This document shows positions 37,783-47,926 of a stretch of 64,000 bases of DNA, piece by piece. Source of the stretch: Candidatus Latescibacterota bacterium (GTDB lineage Bacteria > Latescibacterota > UBA2968); contig OZ242195.1 of assembly GCA_965205975.1 (NCBI GenBank), positions 1,728,001-1,792,000 of the forward strand, in the 5' to 3' direction. Each line of letters starts with the position of its first letter. The first letter of the stretch is position 1. Position numbers and translations under genes: made by a program. The notes under the pieces are model-generated. The model saw nothing but the letters and a program-made list of their open reading frames with translations. It was not told the origin of the DNA and did no database searches.

Positions 37783-39021
37783 ATGCGCGTGGCAATGCAC
37801 ATACGCGGCAATCGGGTTTTGCGATATATCGTCGTTTGTGGCATTTTATTTTTGTCTCTATGGGTTGCTGTTTTCGGGTTTTCATCGTTCAGACAGTTTT
37901 GGAACATGCCGCAAACGCCTCTTATTTTTCCCGACTCACACACCATTATAACCGGTTCCGAATCGCATGCCTTGGGCTACGATCCGATGTTTGAAAACAT
38001 CGCAGATCCTTATGATAGAGAGATGAACTATCCAAGAATCTGGCAATGCCTGTTTTGGCTGCCGATCAACAGCGATCACCTGGTAATTTTAGCTGGGGCT
38101 TTTATCCTGCTGTTCTTTGTCGGAATTTTTTTGTTTTTAAAAACAATTGATACCCAAACAGCTTTCTTTTTAGGGGCTGTGACGTTTTCACCTTCAGCGA
38201 TTTTTGGGCTACAATCTGGCAACAACGATCTCGTTGTTTTTTTTGTCGTAGCACTGGCATTGAGGTTGGGGGATCGCTCGAAACTTTGGGGATCAGTCGC
38301 TATGTTCTTCGCAGCTGTGCTGAAGGTATTTCCAATTTTTGGATTGGCACAGCTTTTGACAGAAGATAAACGCGACTTCTGGCGAATTCTAATGCCACTT
38401 GCTGCGCTTTTTCTGGCCTACTGCTGGATATCACTCGATGATTTTCGGCAAATTTACAGTGTAACACCTCGAGGACGCAGTGGTGCTTATGGCGTATATG
38501 TTCTGCCCCTGATGATTGAAAAAAACCTGCAAAAGTGGGCGATTTTCCCCGACTTGCGCGCAGGGATAATTGCGGCAGCACCGATATTTTTTTACGTCAT
38601 CGCCGGTTTGATCTTTTTGATTTCGCTTTACGCGCTGGTTAACAAAAATACCTCGCCTCGCCCGGTTGCGGGGATACATATCAGTCCATTTCGAGTGGGA
38701 GCGTGTATTTACATCGGCAGCTTTTTGCTCGCCAGCAACTGGAATTACCGGATGATCTTTCTCATTTTTACAATTCCCCAACTCTTTGCATGGTTGCCCG
38801 TCGCAGATATCCGACTTTTGCGTATTCTTCGGATCATCCTGGCCTGCATTTTATTTTCTTGCTGGTCAATGTTTATACAGGGTATTTTGGGATCTTACAT
38901 TTTTATTCTGGACGAGATTGCCAATTGGGTCGTTTTTGCTGGACTCATATACCTATTTCTCGCATCACTGCCCAACTGGCTATTCGATACCCTGCTATGT
39001 CTTGTTCCTGTTCGACGATAA
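37783..39021 (+). CDS. GT-C (GT87-like) membrane glycosyltransferase
   Basis: NYPRIW, GNND, LKVFP, NWNYR; multi-TM. Confidence 0.55.
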   Translation: MRVAMHIRGNRVLRYIVVCGILFLSLWVAVFGFSSFRQFWNMPQTPLIFPDSHTIITGSESHALGYDPMFENIADPYDREMNYPRIWQCLFWLPINSDHLVILAGAFILLFFVGIFLFLKTIDTQTAFFLGAVTFSPSAIFGLQSGNNDLVVFFVVALALRLGDRSKLWGSVAMFFAAVLKVFPIFGLAQLLTEDKRDFWRILMPLAALFLAYCWISLDDFRQIYSVTPRGRSGAYGVYVLPLMIEKNLQKWAIFPDLRAGIIAAAPIFFYVIAGLIFLISLYALVNKNTSPRPVAGIHISPFRVGACIYIGSFLLASNWNYRMIFLIFTIPQLFAWLPVADIRLLRILRIILACILFSCWSMFIQGILGSYIFILDEIANWVVFAGLIYLFLASLPNWLFDTLLCLVPVRR

Positions 39022-39086
39022 TTGAGACGCGAACAAAGCAATCCATTTTTGAATAAAGACCTCACTACTGGAACCTTTTTTATTTT

Positions 39087-40484
39087 ATGATGACGCTTCG
39101 AGCAGATTTTTTTGACCCTGCAAAACCTCACCTGCTGGTTCTGGTGTGCTTTGGGCAGATATTGTTGATTGCACTGCCGTTTTTAGTAAATGACGCGCTT
39201 GCGGCGATTCTCGTCTTGAGCTTGTTGTCGGCGATCGCACTTTTTGGCTCTCTCACGCTATCAGTGCTCTATTTGTGTTTCACCGCCGCGGTTGTGCCTT
39301 CCTGGTTTTACGAAGACTATCTGACCTTGCCTCTGGACTTCAAATTTTATGAAGGCCTTCTCGTCGTGGTAATGGGCATTGCCGGGCTCAACTATTTGTT
39401 GGAAGGCCGATGGAATTGGCGACGGCATACGTTTTTGGATCGACCAATGCGCGTATTGCTGGGGCTGGTCGTATTTTCCTGCTTATTGGGGTTGATCTAC
39501 GGACAATCGATCTCGCAAATGTTACGCGACGTGCGCTATCCATTGTACTACGCGTTGTTCTTTGTGGTAACATGGTTTTTGGATGTGCGGCGATTCTCCA
39601 CATTCCTGCATTTATTTTTGCTCATCGCCGCAATTGTCGGCATCGAGTATTTGTTTGAATTCCTTTTACAGGTGGATACGGACATTGCGGGTGGTTTCGT
39701 TAGAGTCGCACGGCTCGAAGGCATTGTGTTGCCAATGGGCATGCTCATCATCGCCGCCATTTTGTTATTTGAAGCACGGGCATATAGACGAGCATGGGCG
39801 TGGGGCGCGATATTGCCTATCGGGCTGGCCCTGGTTTTGACAATGGGTCGGGGCATGTGGATTTCCCTATTCGTAGGGCTGGGTAGCCTGGTCGCGTTGA
39901 CCGCACTGGATAAACAGGCTCCACCCCGACGCCTGTCGCGTCTTTTTGTCGTGGCATTGATCCCCCTGTTGCTACTGGCGATAGGGTATATTTTTCAGCA
40001 ACAAACCCGTGCTGCCGTCAGTGATATCGCATTGGACCGCGTAACGCGTAGCGTCGAAGCCATAAGTGGGCGATTGATATCTTATGGCAATGCACTGGAA
40101 AAAATTCGTCAGCGCCCTTTACTCGGCGGCGGACACGGTGAAACTGTGACTTCTTTGGTGACATTTCCGCCACCGCCACAGATATTGACAGTAGGTGCAG
40201 TTGACAATGTTTATTTAACGATTGGGATGCGAATGGGGCTGGTTGGCATCGCGGCGTTTTTGTGGGTCTTTGGTTTTGCCCTCTGGCGTGCGTATCTATT
40301 ATTCCAACGAAGTTCCGATGCTCGCGTACGTCTGTTTTGTGCGGCATTTATCGCTATCTACGCTGCACTCCTCGTCTATGGTATGGCAGATGCAACCCTC
40401 TTTGCCAATCGGTTGATCTTTATCCATGCGACATTTTTGGGACTTATCGCGCGGCTGGTAGCAGAGGAAAAAAATGATGCCTGA
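39087..40484 (+). CDS. O-antigen ligase/polymerase family protein
   Basis: Multi-TM; RGMW, RPLLGGG.G, DNVYL...GLVG. Confidence 0.8.
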   Translation: MMTLRADFFDPAKPHLLVLVCFGQILLIALPFLVNDALAAILVLSLLSAIALFGSLTLSVLYLCFTAAVVPSWFYEDYLTLPLDFKFYEGLLVVVMGIAGLNYLLEGRWNWRRHTFLDRPMRVLLGLVVFSCLLGLIYGQSISQMLRDVRYPLYYALFFVVTWFLDVRRFSTFLHLFLLIAAIVGIEYLFEFLLQVDTDIAGGFVRVARLEGIVLPMGMLIIAAILLFEARAYRRAWAWGAILPIGLALVLTMGRGMWISLFVGLGSLVALTALDKQAPPRRLSRLFVVALIPLLLLAIGYIFQQQTRAAVSDIALDRVTRSVEAISGRLISYGNALEKIRQRPLLGGGHGETVTSLVTFPPPPQILTVGAVDNVYLTIGMRMGLVGIAAFLWVFGFALWRAYLLFQRSSDARVRLFCAAFIAIYAALLVYGMADATLFANRLIFIHATFLGLIARLVAEEKNDA

Positions 40485-41397
40485 GCACGTAACAGCAATA
40501 GTGGTCAATTGGAATGCCGGAGAAAATCTGGCACAGTGCATTGCCGCCTTGATCAACCAGGAGGGAATTGATCTCGATGTGATCGTAGTGGATAACGCAT
40601 CGTCTGACGACAGCCTGGAGGTATTGGAAATTTATGGTGATCGCGTACGCGTGATTCAAACCGGCGCAAATCTGGGATTTGGGCGTGCCGTGAATCGCGG
40701 TGTGGCTGTCTCGCATAGCGCGATAGTCGTGGCTCTGAATCCCGATGTCGTGCTGCGACCAGATGCAGTGAATAGGATGGTGGAATTTTTGAACACACAC
40801 ACCAATGTGGGCCTGGTGGGGCCAAAGCTTAAAGACCCGGATGGACAGGTGTTCGCCTCATGCGGTGAAACACCCAGACTCAGAGACGAAATTTGTCGTA
40901 AATTCTTATTGCATCTAATATTTCCATTGCTTAAATTTCGGCGACGAAAGCCCTCCAAACCCGAAGCTGTAGCCTGGGTGACCGGGGCGTGTTTCGCGGT
41001 TCGCCGCCGCGTGCTGGATGCTGTCAACGGGTTGGATGAGGCCATTTTTATGTACTACGAAGATGTGGATCTCGGCCTGTGCATCAACCGGGCGGGTTGG
41101 CAGGTTATATATTTGCCCGACGCTGAAGGCATACACATTGGGGGCGAAAGTTCCAAACAGGCATTGACGCGGATGCTCGTGGTCAGCGAAGCATCTTATA
41201 CCTATTTTATTTCCAAACACCTGGGACAATGGGCCGCACGCTTACTCAGGCTCCTGCGTCCTGTAGAAATGACGTTGCGCACATTACTCTGGGGAAGTGT
41301 GTTTTTATTTGCACGCAGGCATCGCACAGAAGCGCAAGCGCGTTTGCGGGCTTACTGGTTTATCCTAACTCACGGTGCTGTGGAGGAAGGTCCATGA
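40474..41397 (+). CDS. GT2 glycosyltransferase (rhamnosyltransferase-like)
   Basis: IVVNWN, VVDNAS.D, NLGFG, LNPD, FMYYEDVD. Confidence 0.9.
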   Translation: MMPEHVTAIVVNWNAGENLAQCIAALINQEGIDLDVIVVDNASSDDSLEVLEIYGDRVRVIQTGANLGFGRAVNRGVAVSHSAIVVALNPDVVLRPDAVNRMVEFLNTHTNVGLVGPKLKDPDGQVFASCGETPRLRDEICRKFLLHLIFPLLKFRRRKPSKPEAVAWVTGACFAVRRRVLDAVNGLDEAIFMYYEDVDLGLCINRAGWQVIYLPDAEGIHIGGESSKQALTRMLVVSEASYTYFISKHLGQWAARLLRLLRPVEMTLRTLLWGSVFLFARRHRTEAQARLRAYWFILTHGAVEEGP

Positions 41398-42506
41398 TTC
41401 CCATTTTTCGTCCCTGGTTTGACGACGCAGAAGTCGAAGCTGTCCGCGAGGTATTGATGTCCGGTTGGGTTGGTCCCGGGGAAAAAGTCGAAGAACTCGA
41501 AGCGCGATTTGCCCATTATGTAGGGGCACAACACGCCGTATCTGTCAACTCGTGCTCTGCAGCACTTCTGTTGGCTCTAAAAATACTGGATATCGAAGGG
41601 GGCGAGGTCATTACCACACCGCTGACCTTTGTCTCAACCAATCACGCAATTTTGCAAAACGGAGCCACGCCAGTATTTTGCGACATCAATCCCGAAACAC
41701 TCAATATCGATCCAAATGCAATTGCCGCCAAAATCACGCCGCGCACCCGAGCGATTATGGTCGTGCATTTTGCCGGACATCCCTGCGACATGGATGAGAT
41801 TCTATCCATTGCAAACCAGCACGGGATTCCAGTTGTGGAAGACGCCGCACACGCCAGTGGCGCGCGTTACAAAGATCGGATGATCGGCGGTGTAGGCACA
41901 GTGACGTGTTTTAGTTTTGATGCGCGCAAAAATTTGTCAACCTGTGACGGTGGGATGTTGACCACCAATAATTCAGACCTCGCCGAACGCGCGCGAAAAT
42001 TGCGCTGGATGGGCATTTCGCGCGGCACTTATGATCGTTTTCGAAAAAATGGCGCAGAGCGCCGATGGGAATACGAAGTAGGCGAACTCGGCTATAAATG
42101 CTATATGAACGATCTCAATGCGGCAATTGGGCTGGTACAATTGGGTAAATTGGAGTCAGCCAATGCACAACGCCGAGAGATTTTTTTGGAATACGGACGT
42201 GCATTTGCCGCCCTCGACTGGATGCAAACACCTGTAGAAAAACCCCATGTTCGCAGTGCAATGCACGCTTATGTGGCACGCGTGTCCCAACGCGATGAAT
42301 TGATAGATCATCTGGGACAGCACAATATCGACGCGGGCGTACACTACAAACCCTGCCATTTATTTGAAGTGTACAAACCCTATCGCACAGACTTGCCTGT
42401 CACCGATGCTGTGTGGCGCGATCTGGTCACGCTGCCCTTGTTCCCAAGCATGACCGAAAACGAAATTGGACAAGTCATCGCAGCAGTAAAGAAGTTTGAA
42501 GTTTGA
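41394..42506 (+). CDS. DegT/DnrJ/EryC1/StrS sugar aminotransferase
   Basis: VEDAAHA, FSFDARKNL..DGG, LPLFP. Confidence 0.9.
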   Translation: MIPIFRPWFDDAEVEAVREVLMSGWVGPGEKVEELEARFAHYVGAQHAVSVNSCSAALLLALKILDIEGGEVITTPLTFVSTNHAILQNGATPVFCDINPETLNIDPNAIAAKITPRTRAIMVVHFAGHPCDMDEILSIANQHGIPVVEDAAHASGARYKDRMIGGVGTVTCFSFDARKNLSTCDGGMLTTNNSDLAERARKLRWMGISRGTYDRFRKNGAERRWEYEVGELGYKCYMNDLNAAIGLVQLGKLESANAQRREIFLEYGRAFAALDWMQTPVEKPHVRSAMHAYVARVSQRDELIDHLGQHNIDAGVHYKPCHLFEVYKPYRTDLPVTDAVWRDLVTLPLFPSMTENEIGQVIAAVKKFEV

Positions 42507-42537
42507 AATCCATCCTTTCACACTTCCTACTTCACCG

Positions 42538-42576
42538 TGAACTGGTCTGAACTGCGACCAGTTGTACCCCGTTCCA
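42538..42576 (-). repeat. Interspersed palindromic repeat, family A (inverted copy)
   Basis: Minus strand GGAACGGGGTACAACTGGTCGCAGTTCAGACCAGTTCA. Confidence 0.6.
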
Positions 42577-42583
42577 CACTTCT

Positions 42584-44188
42584 ATGACGCCTGTTATCTT
42601 ATTTGGTATTATCGCAATTCTATCGGCTTTATTCACGGCGGTTGCACGCCTGATAGCACGCCGTTTTGATGCGCCCGATGCGCCTGTTTCAACTCTGGGC
42701 GGTACAGCTTTGCTGGCCGCTCTTTTTTGTGGCTTTTGGTTCTTGCCTCAATCGCTTCCATTAGGCCTCGTTATCGGTGCTGTGGGGATGGCATTTATCG
42801 GCATTTTAGATGACTGGAAGCCTTTTGCGCCGCTACACAAATTTGCATTGACCCTCGCAGTCGCAGGCATTGCCGTCTGGCTTGGGCCGCGTATCCATCT
42901 CACAAATATTATCTGGATAGATGCCCCTCTGACCGCGTTGTGGATGGTCTGGATGTGCCATGCGTTCAATGTTCTGGACATGGAAGACGGCCTTTCGGCG
43001 GGCAGTGGAACCATTGCTTCGCTGAGTTTGTGGCTGATAAGTGCTGGCGATTGGGCACTCGTAACAGCGGGTGCACTCCTGGGATATCTAGTACACAATT
43101 TTCATCCCGCCCGTATCCTGATGGGCGATACCGGAAGCCTGTTAATTGGCTTTTTGCTGAGTGGTATGGCTGTAGTTGTCGCAAATCATATTGGTGGTCT
43201 CATGGGCGTCATCGGACCTTTGGTCGCCCTGGGCCTACCCATCTTTGAAGCAGTATTTATCAGTGCGATCCGATTTGCCAAAGGTCGGTCCATTGTCCGA
43301 CCCAGTCGAGACCACGTCGCACAGCGATTGATACAATGGGGGCTACCAGTGCATGCAGCAGTCGCTCTGATGTGGTTAGCAGGCATTGTTTTGGGTGGTC
43401 TGGCCCTCGTATTCGCCCTGGGACACTGGATCAGTCTGGTTGGTGTTGCGTGTCTCGCCATTGGTGCGTGGAGGGGATTGTCGCGCGTGGATATGGAAGG
43501 CGATGAATGTGATGGACGCCCAGTTGGCCTATTTGGCAAAAACTGGTTGATTCACCGCACAATGCGCCAGATAATGGACGAAATAAAAGGGTTTGTGAGT
43601 GGGAAATTGCTTGATGCAGGATGTGGCAATAAGCCTTATGTCGGCATTTTTGGGTCGCACGCACAACAATACATCGGCCTGGAAAAAGGACGCACGCGAT
43701 ATGAACGCGCCGACGTATGGGGCGATGTGCTGGCCCTCCCCTTTCGCGATGGGACCTGCGATACCGTGTTGTGCAATCAGGTCCTGGAACATGTGCCGCA
43801 ACCCCAATTGGCGATTGATGAAATGGCACGCGTATTGCGACCGAATGGCTACTTGATTCTCACCGCACCCCATATTTGGGGTTTGCACGAAGTCCCCCAC
43901 GATTATTTTCGCTTTACGCCTTATGGATTGCGCCATCTCGCTGAGAAATCGGGTCTGACGGTCCATACAACGCGAGCGCTTGCGGGATTTTGGGTCACAG
44001 CCGGGACGCGATTCTGTTATTATCTGGCGCGTTTTGAACGCGGCCCTCTAATCCCCTTTGTGCGCGTTGGATTTTTTGTCGTCCAACTCGGTGCTCTATT
44101 TTTAGATCGCTTGCACCGCGTGGAGAGCGATGCGTGGAATTTTCTACTCATCGCACAAAAGCGCGCAAAGGATTTATCCCATGAGTGA
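42584..44188 (+). CDS. WecA/MraY-like phosphoglycosyl transferase fused to a class I SAM methyltransferase
   Basis: GILDD, FNVLDMEDGL, NFHPARILMGDTGS; then LLDAGCG.KPY, QVLEHV, RVLRPNG, HDYFRFT. Confidence 0.8.
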   Translation: MTPVILFGIIAILSALFTAVARLIARRFDAPDAPVSTLGGTALLAALFCGFWFLPQSLPLGLVIGAVGMAFIGILDDWKPFAPLHKFALTLAVAGIAVWLGPRIHLTNIIWIDAPLTALWMVWMCHAFNVLDMEDGLSAGSGTIASLSLWLISAGDWALVTAGALLGYLVHNFHPARILMGDTGSLLIGFLLSGMAVVVANHIGGLMGVIGPLVALGLPIFEAVFISAIRFAKGRSIVRPSRDHVAQRLIQWGLPVHAAVALMWLAGIVLGGLALVFALGHWISLVGVACLAIGAWRGLSRVDMEGDECDGRPVGLFGKNWLIHRTMRQIMDEIKGFVSGKLLDAGCGNKPYVGIFGSHAQQYIGLEKGRTRYERADVWGDVLALPFRDGTCDTVLCNQVLEHVPQPQLAIDEMARVLRPNGYLILTAPHIWGLHEVPHDYFRFTPYGLRHLAEKSGLTVHTTRALAGFWVTAGTRFCYYLARFERGPLIPFVRVGFFVVQLGALFLDRLHRVESDAWNFLLIAQKRAKDLSHE

Positions 44189-46334
44189 TTTTATCGCGTC
44201 CATCAAAGCCAATTTTAATAAGCGATACTCGGGTATCCACCATGCGATAGTGAAGCACTATTTCACATCTATCATCATCTTGGTCATCTTCTTTGCATTT
44301 ACCCTTCGATATTTTCAATTAAACATCGGTTTGCCCTATTTGTATTTTTGGGATGAACCGCTTACGGCCAGCAACGCGCTTCAGATAATGAAAACGGGGG
44401 ATTACAACCCCCATTTTTTTAAATATGGTTCCCTGATGATTTATTTGAACCTGCTGATTGATCAATTATACCGTATTCATCTCTCACTCACAGGCGGGTT
44501 ATCAAGCTTAGAAAACATACGTATTGCAGCCGATACTGGCTGGCATTGGACGATATCTCATCCGAACTTTTATTTTTGGAATCGTTTTTTGACTGCCACA
44601 ATGGGCACCGCAACAGTATTTATCACCTATTTAATCAGCAAGACGATATGCAACAGATGGACGGGCATCATATCGGCCCTTTTCTTATCTGTTCTATCTA
44701 TCCACATCGTTCATTCGGGCTTTGTAACAATGGACGCACCAGTCGCCCTATTTGTCTCGCTTGTCGCCCTATGCTCCATTTTGTTCATCGAACAAAAAAA
44801 AATCATCTATTTCATTTTGAGTTTAATATGCGTCGGATTTGCCACAGCGACAAAATACAATTCGGGTCTGGCTATTTTGCTGCCCATTGCATCGCTGATT
44901 TGGATGTCTTATCGAGATGAAATCTCGCGCCAAAAATTTTACTGGCTCGCGATCCCTTGCCTACCTGCGGTGACTTTCTTTCTCTTTATGCCCTATGCAA
45001 TTCTCGACTTCCCAACTTTTATCAAAGACATTTTACATCAAATTACATACTACAAAACCACGGGACACCCAGGCGCTACAATCAACCCTGGATGGGATTA
45101 TTTTGCGTTTCAGATACAAAAATTTTACCAAAATATCGGACTAACCGGCACCATCCTGTTTGCGATCGGTCTGGCGGGGACAATTTCCCGACCGATATTG
45201 CTCCTGATTATATTATTTCCCGTGATCTATCTTTTATTTATGAGCGACATGACCGTCAATTTCCACCGCAATTTTATACAGGTGTACCCATTTATCGCCG
45301 TTTTTGCAGGTGTTGCTTTTCACAATCTGCATGTGGCATTGGTGCACTTTTACCCAAAGCTCAAAAAACCAATTCCGATTGTATATCTTGCAGCCTCGCT
45401 CGTTTTACTACCGCGCGCTTATGACGCCTATCAAACAGGCATAGTATTGCACAACACCAGAGATACCAGAAGCGCAGTCATAGATGCTCTCAACACGATG
45501 GAAAATGTGCAAAAAGTCGTCTTTGCCAGAGAACTGCGTATTCACAAACAAGACCTCGACAGATTAAAATACGACTATGCGATACAACCCATTGAAATAA
45601 TGAGCGCGGAACAAATCCGAGACCGCACACACTATGTCTTGCCAGCCGAAGTATCTCAGATTTACACTTATCACCAGGAGGAAATACAGGCCAAACAAGC
45701 AATCATCGACAAAATCTCCGGCGAGCATATTCTGCAATACATCGACAACAATTACATCAGTCAAAATATTGGAAAGGGTTATATCAAACAAAATGCCGCA
45801 ACCATGCTCGATGTATTTTCCACAAGTCCCTCGCTGATCATCGCAAATCAAATACCACACGAACCATTGCACCCCGGTGTTATTGCATTTGATACCTGCA
45901 AGCTATCTCCCGCAGGCGTGCAAATCAACATCCGCAATACCGCAACACTTCGCGAAGGCGTCACAACAACCCCGACTTACAACCTGAAACCCGGAAAATA
46001 CCTGTTCACATTTCAAGCAAAAAAACCTGCGATCCCAGAACGATCACAAAGTTTTGTCTTTGGTGAATACGAAACAAGACTCACAGTAAAACGCCTGAGC
46101 GCATTCCGCGAACAGGCGAGCATCAGGGTTTCAATCTTTGCAGATCAGACGCTCTTAACACAACAAATCTTCATCCCAACGGAAAACTTCGCCCAAATGG
46201 ACGCCTTTTTTTCTCTCCAAAAAAAACAGCGCGTTTCAGTCCAAATAGAAAATCTCCATGATATATCCGATCCCCTTTTACCTGTAGAAACAACGATTAA
46301 GCAACTGAAAATAGAGAAAACAGATAAAAGGTAA
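44181..46334 (+). CDS. Large GT-C (ArnT/PMT-like) glycosyltransferase with periplasmic extension
   Basis: WDE, NPHFFKY, TKYN, MPYAILD; multi-TM N-terminal half. Confidence 0.7.
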   Translation: MSDFIASIKANFNKRYSGIHHAIVKHYFTSIIILVIFFAFTLRYFQLNIGLPYLYFWDEPLTASNALQIMKTGDYNPHFFKYGSLMIYLNLLIDQLYRIHLSLTGGLSSLENIRIAADTGWHWTISHPNFYFWNRFLTATMGTATVFITYLISKTICNRWTGIISALFLSVLSIHIVHSGFVTMDAPVALFVSLVALCSILFIEQKKIIYFILSLICVGFATATKYNSGLAILLPIASLIWMSYRDEISRQKFYWLAIPCLPAVTFFLFMPYAILDFPTFIKDILHQITYYKTTGHPGATINPGWDYFAFQIQKFYQNIGLTGTILFAIGLAGTISRPILLLIILFPVIYLLFMSDMTVNFHRNFIQVYPFIAVFAGVAFHNLHVALVHFYPKLKKPIPIVYLAASLVLLPRAYDAYQTGIVLHNTRDTRSAVIDALNTMENVQKVVFARELRIHKQDLDRLKYDYAIQPIEIMSAEQIRDRTHYVLPAEVSQIYTYHQEEIQAKQAIIDKISGEHILQYIDNNYISQNIGKGYIKQNAATMLDVFSTSPSLIIANQIPHEPLHPGVIAFDTCKLSPAGVQINIRNTATLREGVTTTPTYNLKPGKYLFTFQAKKPAIPERSQSFVFGEYETRLTVKRLSAFREQASIRVSIFADQTLLTQQIFIPTENFAQMDAFFSLQKKQRVSVQIENLHDISDPLLPVETTIKQLKIEKTDKR

Positions 46335-46385
46335 GACGACCCTACCCTATCCCCCTCATACCTCACGTCTCACCGCCTTCCAAAC

Positions 46386-46421
46386 TGTTGTAAAAATTCA
46401 CACCTGTGCCATAGCGTCACA
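46386..46421 (+). promoter_or_regulatory. Tandem TGT-N11-ACA sites, candidate enhancer-binding-protein UAS
   Basis: TGT-TGTAAAAATTC-ACA and TGT-GCCATAGCGTC-ACA about 70-100 nt upstream of a sigma54 box. Confidence 0.5.
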
Positions 46422-46488
46422 TATCCCGCCCTCACCGATCTATTTATATCTCATTTTAATTCAATAACTTAAAAAAATTTATCCCAAT

Positions 46489-46504
46489 TGGCACGCTATT
46501 TGCA
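46489..46504 (+). promoter_or_regulatory. sigma54 (-24/-12) promoter
   Basis: TGGCAC-GCTAT-TTGCA, exact consensus spacing, preceded by an AT-rich IHF-like tract. Confidence 0.8.
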
Positions 46505-46548
46505 GAACACTTTTACCGCACGCAAAAACCTCAACGGAGAAATGCGCG

Positions 46549-47907
46549 GTGAAATCAATTTACTACACAGTGCTTCTGATAGCAGTCTCGCTACACGGCT
46601 GCACAACATATTCTCACTTTTCAGGCGACTTTCGCACGAGCCTGCGCGCGCGCAATTACGAAGATGCCCGTGCAAAAATCAAAAAGTCGAGAAAAAGAGG
46701 TAACCAATTACTCTATCTCCTCGAAAATGGTCTCCTCACCCACTATCAGGGCCACTACGAAACATCCAATCGCTATTTTGCCGAAGCCGAGTGGCTATCA
46801 GATCGACTCTATACCCGCTCTGTTTCCCGAGAAGCCGCCGCATTTTTGACCAACGATGCCATACGCAACTACCGGGGCGATAGCTTTGAAATGGTTGCTA
46901 TCTACTACTATCGCGCGTTGAACTACTGGTATCTGGGCCTTCCTGAAGACGCCCTTGTCGAATGCCGAAAAGCCAATTTGAAACTCGACCAATACGCCAT
47001 TCACAATGGGCAGGCGAGTTACAAAAATGACGCCTTCATTCACTACATCACCGGCCTGTTCTACGAAGCCACTGGCGAACTCAACGATGCCCGCGTCTCC
47101 TACCAACACGCACAAGATGCCTATTCATACTACGAAAAAAAGTTCCACACCGCCCCACCTCAAACCGTCGCCGAAGACCTCAAACAGATAGATAACATTC
47201 TCAATGGCGAAGGAACCGACATGCGTTTTGCCTCCCTCAACACCCCGCCCTTTGTACCGCCCGCAGGCAATGGCGAACTCGTAATCTTTTCTGAAATCGG
47301 TTTTATCCCCCGCAAAGTGCAAGAGGAAATAGATCTCCCCATTTACGAAGAAGACATCAAACGCAGCAAGGGCGACAAAGTATCTTCCATCGCCACTGAA
47401 ATCTCACACCGTCGTCACCGCGTATATCCCATTCGCGATGTCGAATACTGGTTGCGCGTCGTCCTTCCCAAATACGAAGCCATCGCCCCGCGCACAAAGC
47501 GCATTCTCATACGCGCAGGAAGCCGCACCATTCAAACGCAGATCGCCCAAAATTACGCCGCAATTGCAAAAACATCACTCAGTGATCACTACCCGAGGAT
47601 TATGATCAGAACAATTGCACGTGGGCTTGTGAAATACATAGCCCACCGAGAGGCCAAAGACGAAAATGAAGTCCTCGGTTTCTTCGTCAACCTGTTCAAC
47701 ATCTCAACCGAAATCGCCGACACGCGCAGTTGGGTTTCATTGCCCCACAATATACAAATCGGCCGCCTCGAACTGCCACCCGGCACCCACACCATCACAC
47801 TCGAAGCACTCGACGCCAACGGGCGCATTATCGAAACCGAAACATTTACCAACATCGAAATCAAGCCCAGCCAACGCACGTTCTTGAATCACAGGGTCTA
47901 TCAATAA
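46549..47907 (+). CDS. COG3014-like TPR lipoprotein
   Basis: Lipobox LHGC; Y.G..FE, ALVECRK, ADTRSW.SLP. Confidence 0.75.
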   Translation: MKSIYYTVLLIAVSLHGCTTYSHFSGDFRTSLRARNYEDARAKIKKSRKRGNQLLYLLENGLLTHYQGHYETSNRYFAEAEWLSDRLYTRSVSREAAAFLTNDAIRNYRGDSFEMVAIYYYRALNYWYLGLPEDALVECRKANLKLDQYAIHNGQASYKNDAFIHYITGLFYEATGELNDARVSYQHAQDAYSYYEKKFHTAPPQTVAEDLKQIDNILNGEGTDMRFASLNTPPFVPPAGNGELVIFSEIGFIPRKVQEEIDLPIYEEDIKRSKGDKVSSIATEISHRRHRVYPIRDVEYWLRVVLPKYEAIAPRTKRILIRAGSRTIQTQIAQNYAAIAKTSLSDHYPRIMIRTIARGLVKYIAHREAKDENEVLGFFVNLFNISTEIADTRSWVSLPHNIQIGRLELPPGTHTITLEALDANGRIIETETFTNIEIKPSQRTFLNHRVYQ

Positions 47908-47926
47908 TTCCACAAGGAGGAACACA

